From Geopsychrobacteraceae bacterium (lineage in GTDB: Bacteria > Desulfobacterota > Desulfuromonadia > Desulfuromonadales > Geopsychrobacteraceae): a stretch of DNA of 64,000 nt. The stretch spans positions 480,001 to 544,000 of the forward strand of contig CAXXTB010000002.1 in assembly GCA_963676795.2 (NCBI GenBank), written 5' to 3'. The position numbers and the translations under genes were made by a program. This document shows, piece after piece, positions 57,980 to 64,000 of this stretch. Each line of letters starts with the position of its first letter. Within the stretch, counting starts at the first letter, position 1. The notes under the pieces were generated by a model. It saw only the letters and a list, made by a program, of their open reading frames with translations. It was not told the origin of the DNA and made no database searches.

Positions 57980-59911
57980 TCAGTATTTGCCGAAATCGTC
58001 ATCATCCAGCTTGATCTGGGGCTTTGAGTTCGGCGCTTTTCCCCAGTCATCGTTGCTTGGCAACTGTGGAGCCTGGGGCTTGCGAGGAGCCTGTGGGGCC
58101 TTCGCCTTGGCTGGTGCCGAAGTTCTGGCCGGGGACGCCATGGGCGCCGGAGGTGTTCCGGCTCCGGAGAGCAGTTTGAATTTGCTCAGCATATCCTGCA
58201 GATCGCTGGCCTGGCTGGAGAGCTCTTCGGCGATAGCGGCATTTTCTTCCGAGGTCGAGGTGGTGCGCAGGTTGACCTCGTTGAGCTGATGCAGGCCTTC
58301 GTTGATCTGGCTGATCCCCAGCGACTGCTCGTTGCTGGCTGCGGCGATCTCGGCGACCAGCTCGGAGACCTTGCTGACGTCGTTGACGATTTCGGTGAGG
58401 GCGACAGCCGTGGTCTGCGCGATTTCTGCCCCGTTGTTGGTTTTTTCCACCGATCCCTGGATCAGGGCCGTGGTTTCCTGTGCCGCCTTGGCGCTACGGG
58501 CTGCGAGGTTGCGGACCTCTTCAGCGACGACGGCGAAACCTTTGCCGTGCTGTCCGGCGCGCGCCGCTTCAACCGCCGCGTTCAGGGCCAGCAGGTTGGT
58601 CTGGAAGGCGATCTCGTCGATGACCTTGATGATCTTGTTGATATCCTGGGCCGAGGCCTTGATGTCTTCCATCGCTTCGACCATGTTCTGCATCTTCAGG
58701 TTGCCCTGTTCCGCTGCTTTGCGCGCCTCGGCGGAGAGGCTGTTAGCCGCCGTGGCGTTCTCGGCGTTGTTGCGCGTCTGCTCGTTCATCTCGGTGACCG
58801 AGGATGAGATCTCCTCGAGGGCAGCGGCCTGCTGGGTCGCATCGTTGGCCAGACTGGAGCTGCTGTCGGCAACCTGAACCGCTCCAGAAGAAATCTGGGA
58901 GCTGGCAATCTGAACCGTCTGCATGGCATCGGTCAGGCCGGCACAGGCCCTGGCCATCGGTTTGGCGATGAGCCCCTTGGCCTGGAAGGTGAAGTCACCG
59001 ATTGCCAGGCGGTTGAAGGATTCAAGGACCTGGTCCCTCAGGTTGTCGGCAAAGCGGTTCAGCGCCTGGGCCAGTTGGCCGATTTCATCACGCCGTCTGG
59101 TATCGATACGATGATCCAGGTTGCCCCCTTCCAGTTCATCGAGCATATGCAGGGTTTTGCGGAAGGGGCGGATGACCGCTTTGGTTGTGAAGAAGGCGAT
59201 GAAAACTCCAAGGGCAATCAGCAGGATGACAAAGATGATCGTTGCCTTGCTGATAGTCGAGGAGAGCGCGGCATCCGCTTCATCCAGGGAATGGATGATC
59301 TCAAAGGCCCCGTGCATCTCTCCGGCTTTCCAGTTTTCCATTCTTGCCCCGGTCGGATCGCTGCCGTTACTGTTCCCCCAGTACTGCTGCGATTTCTGAG
59401 GATCCCCGTGACAGTAGAGGCAGGTTTCGCTCAGGTAGACAGCGCGGAAATAGTGAACTGAATTGGTCTGCTCATCAATTTCATAATACTCATCCAGGCG
59501 CTCATTCTTCATCTTGGTCAGAGCCCGGCCTTCCATCTCATTCGGCGTGTTGCTCTGGTTACGCGGTTGGAATTTGGGAACCTTGAAGGTATAGTTCCCC
59601 TCTTCGGCTTTACGCATCGCTGCCCGCCATGCTGAAACGACAGGGACCGCGGAGAGGATCTTCTCCTTCTCTCCCTGGTCGGCCCATTGTTTCAGCTCTT
59701 CAACGCTGAACAGTCCCTGCTGCCATTTGTCTTCCATCTCCTGGCGGGTTGATTCGACCGTTCTGGCCAGGATTCTCGATTTGTCGATCGCCGCATCCAG
59801 GGTGCGGTCTTTTTCGTGAAAATAAAAACTGACGAACAGAATAATCAGCAGTATTGCTGGCAGGGCAACGCCGCCGACAATCAATTTTGTCCGGAGAGAC
59901 GATGACGACAT
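57980..59911 (-). CDS. Methyl-accepting chemotaxis protein with a periplasmic c-type heme sensor (DUF3365/Tll0287-like)
   Basis: PRN..N.P...E, CLYCH heme motif, G...GAF, HAMP, MCP hairpin, DDFGKY tail. Confidence 0.92.
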   Translation of the reverse strand: MSSSSLRTKLIVGGVALPAILLIILFVSFYFHEKDRTLDAAIDKSRILARTVESTRQEMEDKWQQGLFSVEELKQWADQGEKEKILSAVPVVSAWRAAMRKAEEGNYTFKVPKFQPRNQSNTPNEMEGRALTKMKNERLDEYYEIDEQTNSVHYFRAVYLSETCLYCHGDPQKSQQYWGNSNGSDPTGARMENWKAGEMHGAFEIIHSLDEADAALSSTISKATIIFVILLIALGVFIAFFTTKAVIRPFRKTLHMLDELEGGNLDHRIDTRRRDEIGQLAQALNRFADNLRDQVLESFNRLAIGDFTFQAKGLIAKPMARACAGLTDAMQTVQIASSQISSGAVQVADSSSSLANDATQQAAALEEISSSVTEMNEQTRNNAENATAANSLSAEARKAAEQGNLKMQNMVEAMEDIKASAQDINKIIKVIDEIAFQTNLLALNAAVEAARAGQHGKGFAVVAEEVRNLAARSAKAAQETTALIQGSVEKTNNGAEIAQTTAVALTEIVNDVSKVSELVAEIAAASNEQSLGISQINEGLHQLNEVNLRTTSTSEENAAIAEELSSQASDLQDMLSKFKLLSGAGTPPAPMASPARTSAPAKAKAPQAPRKPQAPQLPSNDDWGKAPNSKPQIKLDDDDFGKY

Positions 59912-60090
59912 GAAAGTCTCCTTTGTCGAAGGGAACGAACAACTATGATATATAATTGAGACATTTTAATTTTCATATAAGACAAAGTCAATCGATAATG
60001 TAAAGCTAATTTAATGGAGATTTTTTATGGAGCTGTCGTGGAGTGAGCAGGGCATAACCTGCAAAATGTCTGGATGGCTTAGAGGGGGAA

Positions 60091-60116
60091 GGCTTTCTGC
60101 CGAAGGCAGAAAGCCT
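60091..60116 (-). terminator. Hairpin after ppiC
   Basis: GGCTTTCTGCC-GAA-GGCAGAAAGCC. Confidence 0.6.
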
Positions 60117-60124
60117 CTGTCGCT

Positions 60125-60406
60125 TTATTCGCTGCGTTCGGTGACTTCCAGCAGGTGATAGCCGAACTGGGTTTTGATCGGTCCGAGCACCTTGCCGACT
60201 TCACCAGTGAAGACCGCTTCGTCGAATTCAGGAACCATCTGGCCGCGGCCAAATTCGCCAAGCTCACCCCCCTGACGGCCGGAAGGGCATTTGGAATGAA
60301 CTTTGGCGATTTCGGCAAAGTCCTCGCCGCCTTCGATCAGCTTTTTCAGGGTTTGACAGTCCGCTTCACTCGGGACCAGAATGTGTCTTGCTTTGGCTCT
60401 TGCCAT
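60125..60406 (-). CDS. ppiC: Parvulin peptidyl-prolyl isomerase PpiC
   Basis: ARHILV, HSKCPSG..GG.LG.F..GQMV.EF, TQFGYH; 93 aa from the ATG after AAGGAG. Confidence 0.95.
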   Translation of the reverse strand: MARAKARHILVPSEADCQTLKKLIEGGEDFAEIAKVHSKCPSGRQGGELGEFGRGQMVPEFDEAVFTGEVGKVLGPIKTQFGYHLLEVTERSE

Positions 60407-60564
60407 ATCGTTTCTCCTTATAGGATAGGTGTTGAATTGTTTTTGTACCCGATTATCCTTTGTTGTTGCAAGGGAGGGGCAAAGATTGAAGTCTCTTGAC
60501 ACTGGCCCGGAGTGTTCATAGACTCCGCTGGGTTTGATGAAAAGTTCTCTTTATAGGAGTTGAT

Positions 60565-61041
60565 ATGAGTTTATGTCCCTGTGGCAGCGGGCAGGAGTTT
60601 GCGGCCTGCTGTGAACGAGTACTGAAGGATTTCACCCTGGCCAAAACGGCCGAACAGCTGATGCGTGCACGTTATACGGCTCATGTCAAGGTCGATATCG
60701 ATTTTGTTCAGAACACAACTCATCCGGACCACCGGGCTGATTACGATGAGAAAACCGCCAGGGATTGGGCCGAAAAGTCCGAATGGCTCGGTCTTGAAAT
60801 CGTCAGTGCCAAGGGTGCCGATGCTGATGACAAGGGCGAGGTCGAATTTATCGCCCGTTACAAGATCAACGGAGCAAAGCAGAGCCACCATGAGCGCGCC
60901 AGCTTTGAGAAGAAGGACGGTCACTGGTACTTCAGCGACGGTGAGATGGTCAAGAATCAGCCCGTTACCTCCCAGAAGGTCGGGCGCAACGATCCGTGTA
61001 CCTGCGGGAGTGGTAAGAAATACAAGAAGTGCTGCGGCTAA
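60565..61041 (+). CDS. YchJ family protein with SEC-C motifs
   Basis: [46 protein letters not shown]. Confidence 0.93.
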   Translation: MSLCPCGSGQEFAACCERVLKDFTLAKTAEQLMRARYTAHVKVDIDFVQNTTHPDHRADYDEKTARDWAEKSEWLGLEIVSAKGADADDKGEVEFIARYKINGAKQSHHERASFEKKDGHWYFSDGEMVKNQPVTSQKVGRNDPCTCGSGKKYKKCCG

Positions 61042-61080
61042 GAGACTGGGGGGGGGGCTTTGGCCTTTTTCATTCATATA

Positions 61081-61488
61081 AAGCCGGGAACCGGCTTTGC
61101 GACTGCGCGAATTCGAGGCGCTAGGCGCCTCGTCTGAGCCTGTAGAGAATAGCAACCCCAATGCTACGAAGAGTGCCAGAAACAATTTGCGTCAGTTATA
61201 AAAGGCTGCTTTTTGCTTACTTTTTTCAGCCTGAAAAAAAGTAAGGCGCCGTACGGGCGCGCGAGCCCGTGGTCTTGATTCTTGAAATAATCCTGAAAAA
61301 TCAAAGACGAAACCGGCGGGTCTCGTCCCGCCAGACGACTGACTTTCCTTTGATCGCAAAGGAAAGTCAGCAAAGGAAACTCTTTAAAAACACTGACGTA
61401 ATCCAGCAATGTCATCCACAACCGGCCCGCACCAGCAAAAAGGAAGGCGCCCAACGATGGGCGCTGCCCATCTAACTGGCAGAACCGA
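61081..61488. repeat. Modular palindromic element, copy 3 (two divergent arms)
   Basis: Contains all modules seen in copies 1 and 2; lies between the convergent ychJ and livF genes. Confidence 0.88.
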
Positions 61489-61503
61489 ATTTATTAAGGT
61501 CAA

Positions 61504-62229
61504 TCAACCGCCGAGGTAGGCCTTTTTGACCTCCGGATTGCCGAGCAGCTCCTCACTGGTCCCTTCGGCGACGATCTTGCCGGTATCGAGGACATAACCC
61601 CGGTGAGCCAGGTTGAGGGCCAGGTTGGCATTCTGCTCGACGAGCAGGATGGTCATCCCTTCCTCGTTGAGCTGTTTGAGCTTACGGAACAGCTCATACT
61701 TGAGAACCGGGGCCAGCCCCATACTCGGTTCATCGAGGAGCAGGACCTTGCAGCCGGTCATCAGCGCACGGCCGACGGCCAACATCTGCTGCTCGCCACC
61801 GCTTAAGGATTCACTGCGCTGGTTACGGCGTTCCTTGAGTCTTGGAAAGAGGTTGAAGATGTATTCGTACTCTTTCTCCAGGTCGGCATCCTTCTCCCTG
61901 GCGTAGGTCGCCAGCTTGAGGTTCTCCATAACCGTCAGGTTGCCGAAGATCCGGCGTCCTTCCGGTGACAGGGCCAGATGCAGATCCTTGACCACCGAAT
62001 CCGGTTTAGTAGCAAGGATCGATTCCCCCTTGAACTTGATATCCCCGGCTATAACGCGTGGCGCCTCGGGCGGCGGCAGCCTGGCAATGGTATAGAGGCT
62101 GGTGGTCTTGCCGGCACCGTTGGCACCGATCAGGGTGACGATCTCACCTTCGTTGACATGGAAACTGATGCCGTGAAGGGCCTGGATGTTCCCATACTTG
62201 ACTTCAAGATTTTCGACGGAAAGTAGCAT
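61504..62229 (-). CDS. livF: Branched-chain amino acid ABC transporter ATP-binding protein
   Basis: GANGAGKT, PEGRRIF, LSGGEQQML, DEPSMGLAP, VEQNA. Confidence 0.93.
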   Translation of the reverse strand: MLLSVENLEVKYGNIQALHGISFHVNEGEIVTLIGANGAGKTTSLYTIARLPPPEAPRVIAGDIKFKGESILATKPDSVVKDLHLALSPEGRRIFGNLTVMENLKLATYAREKDADLEKEYEYIFNLFPRLKERRNQRSESLSGGEQQMLAVGRALMTGCKVLLLDEPSMGLAPVLKYELFRKLKQLNEEGMTILLVEQNANLALNLAHRGYVLDTGKIVAEGTSEELLGNPEVKKAYLGG

Positions 62230-63026
62230 CAGATATTATCATCTCCCAGGTAGGCCGTGATAACAGCCGGGTTGTTGCGAATCTCTTCCGCGTCGCCTTC
62301 GGCGATAGTCTGGCCGAAGTCGATCACCTTGATCTTGTTACAGAGCTCCATCATGACGTCCATGTGATGTTCGATCATCCAGATGGTGACATCGAAGGTC
62401 TCATGAATCCAGCGCACCAGGCGGATCAGTTCCTTGATGTCCGCTGAGTTGAGGCCTGCCGCCGGTTCATCCAAAAGCAGTAGCTTGGGATGGGTCGACA
62501 GGGCGCGGGCGATTTCGAGTTTGCGCTGGGTGCCGTAGGGAAGGTTCTTCGGTAGCTCCTCGGCAAATCTGGTCAGCTGGAAGATGTCGAGCAGCTCATC
62601 CGCTTCCTTTTTGATTTCCGCTTCGCGCTTCAGATAGCGGCGGCTGCGGATCGCACTGTGGAAAAAACCGTAGCCGAGCCGGTAGTGCTGGGCGACGCGG
62701 ATGTTGTCCATGACCGTCATGTCGTTCCACAGGCGAATATTCTGGAAGGTTCTGGCGACTCCGAGGGAGGTGACCTTGTGCGGTTTCAGGCCTGCTGTCG
62801 GCGCGCCGCCGATGAGGATCTGTCCTTCGGTCGGCTGATAGAAACCGCTGACCAGGTTGAAGACGGTGGTCTTGCCGGCACCGTTGGGGCCGATCAGTCC
62901 GGCCAGCTCATTCTTTTCAAGGCGGACATTGAAATCGGATACAGCCGTCAGGCCGCCGAAGCGCTGGGTCAGGCCGCGGACTTCGAGGACCGGAACTGCG
63001 ACTTGTTCTGTCTGTGCATTCATCAC
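62229..63026 (-). CDS. livG: Branched-chain amino acid ABC transporter ATP-binding protein
   Basis: FGGL.AV, GPNGAGKTT, ARTFQNIRL, LPYG.QR.LEIARAL, DEPAAG, IEHHM. Confidence 0.93.
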   Translation of the reverse strand: MMNAQTEQVAVPVLEVRGLTQRFGGLTAVSDFNVRLEKNELAGLIGPNGAGKTTVFNLVSGFYQPTEGQILIGGAPTAGLKPHKVTSLGVARTFQNIRLWNDMTVMDNIRVAQHYRLGYGFFHSAIRSRRYLKREAEIKKEADELLDIFQLTRFAEELPKNLPYGTQRKLEIARALSTHPKLLLLDEPAAGLNSADIKELIRLVRWIHETFDVTIWMIEHHMDVMMELCNKIKVIDFGQTIAEGDAEEIRNNPAVITAYLGDDNI

Positions 63027-63035
63027 GTCAAACCT

Positions 63036-64000
63036 CTACTTGAAACGATAAAATTTCTTCAGCCGCGGGAAGATGTCGGACAGTTCGCGGTTGCCCATGA
63101 TCCCTTCCGGTCTGAACTGCATGAGGATGATCAGCAGCAGCGGAATGGCGACCCACTTGATGATCTGCAGCGGGCGCAGTAGCTCGAGCAGAATGGTAAA
63201 CAGGACCGCCGAGAGGATCGAGCCGGACAGTGAACCCATACCCCCCAGGTAAACCATGACCATGACCTCGGTCGACTTGAGGATGTTGAAGCTGCCCGGG
63301 TTGACGTAGCCGATGATGTAGGCGAACAGTCCGCCACCGATACCGGCCATCCCCGAGGAGAGCATGAAGGTGATGGTCTTGATCTTGTTGGTGTTGACGC
63401 TCATGATCTCGGCCGCGACCTCATCCTGGCAGATCGCCGTGACCCCCTTGCCGAAGGTCGATGAGACATAGCGGCGCATCGCCCAGACACAGAAGATGGT
63501 GAAGAGAAACACCCAGATCGGCATCCAGGGCAGGTAGGCGACATCCTCCATCGAGCCGACCAGGCTCTTCATCCCCATGAAGCCGCGTGAGCCGCCGATG
63601 GCGCCGATATTTTCGATGGCGCTGATGATGATGTAGTTGGCGGCGATGGTGATGATCGCCAGATAGTCGCCGCGTGTTTTGTAGGACGGAAAAGCGACCA
63701 GCAGGCCGGCCAGGGCCGCGGCGATGCCGCCGATCAGGATGATGAACGGAAAGGCGTAGAGTGCGTAAGACGGATCGAGCAGCGGCGCGCCGAAGACCTT
63801 GTCCTTGGCGAACAGCCAGACGCCGAGGATCGAAGAGACGTAGGCGCCGACGCACATGAAGCCTGCGTGTCCGCAGGAAAATTCCCCCATGTAGCCGTTG
63901 ACCAGATTGAGGCTGGTCGAGAGGATGACATTAACCCCCATGAACATCAGTACCGAGAGGATATAGAGGCTGACATACTCCTCATAGGCGAGCCAGACGA
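63036..64000 (-). CDS. livM: Branched-chain amino acid ABC transporter permease (5' end beyond the window)
   Basis: SLNLVNGYMGEFSCGHAGF..VGAY, RGDYLAI.T, LGGMGS..GS, RPEG; frame open to the window edge. Confidence 0.92.
   Translation of the reverse strand, partial: VWLAYEEYVSLYILSVLMFMGVNVILSTSLNLVNGYMGEFSCGHAGFMCVGAYVSSILGVWLFAKDKVFGAPLLDPSYALYAFPFIILIGGIAAALAGLLVAFPSYKTRGDYLAIITIAANYIIISAIENIGAIGGSRGFMGMKSLVGSMEDVAYLPWMPIWVFLFTIFCVWAMRRYVSSTFGKGVTAICQDEVAAEIMSVNTNKIKTITFMLSSGMAGIGGGLFAYIIGYVNPGSFNILKSTEVMVMVYLGGMGSLSGSILSAVLFTILLELLRPLQIIKWVAIPLLLIILMQFRPEGIMGNRELSDIFPRLKKFYRFK

Noticed and set aside
1..64000. CRISPR arrays, tRNA/rRNA genes, prophage or defence genes
   Set aside because: No regularly spaced direct repeats, cloverleaf/T-loop signatures, integrase, or phage/defence motifs seen by eye

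Overview
A gene-dense bacterial window, most likely from a Desulfuromonadales-type (Geobacter/Desulfuromonas-like) deltaproteobacterium; this is inferred from gene content and the riboswitch type. Coding content: the start of an A2-type cytochrome c oxidase operon (sco-coxI-coxIII); a coupled slyX-rhodanese-MauE/DoxX-KamA operon; tsaA; a thiolase; a sigma54-controlled CitMHS/AtuA-like operon; several signalling genes (GGDEF, two hybrid kinases, HDOD, three MCPs, one of them frameshifted); mgtE; a photolyase; a CCC/SLC12-like transporter; a DUF2868-GTPase-radical SAM operon; tandem ackA paralogs; an 8-gene cfa/DUF1365/FAD-oxidoreductase lipid-modification operon; an IS3 scar between two gene remnants; an efpL-type operon; LemA-GIDE; arfB, ppiC, ychJ and livFGM. 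Most notable signals the ORF track does not show: (1) an in-frame TGA followed by a SECIS-like hairpin that joins two ORFs into a probable selenocysteine-containing SO_0444/DUF318 metal permease; (2) a GEMM-I riboswitch with A at the ligand-selecting position 20 (3',3'-cGAMP type) upstream of an HDOD gene; (3) three modular intergenic palindromic elements whose arms form a pseudoknot with compensatory base changes; (4) a consensus sigma54 promoter with three TTCTCA-N4-TGAGAA candidate enhancer sites. No tRNA, rRNA or CRISPR array was seen. Product names come from motif recognition only; no database search was run.
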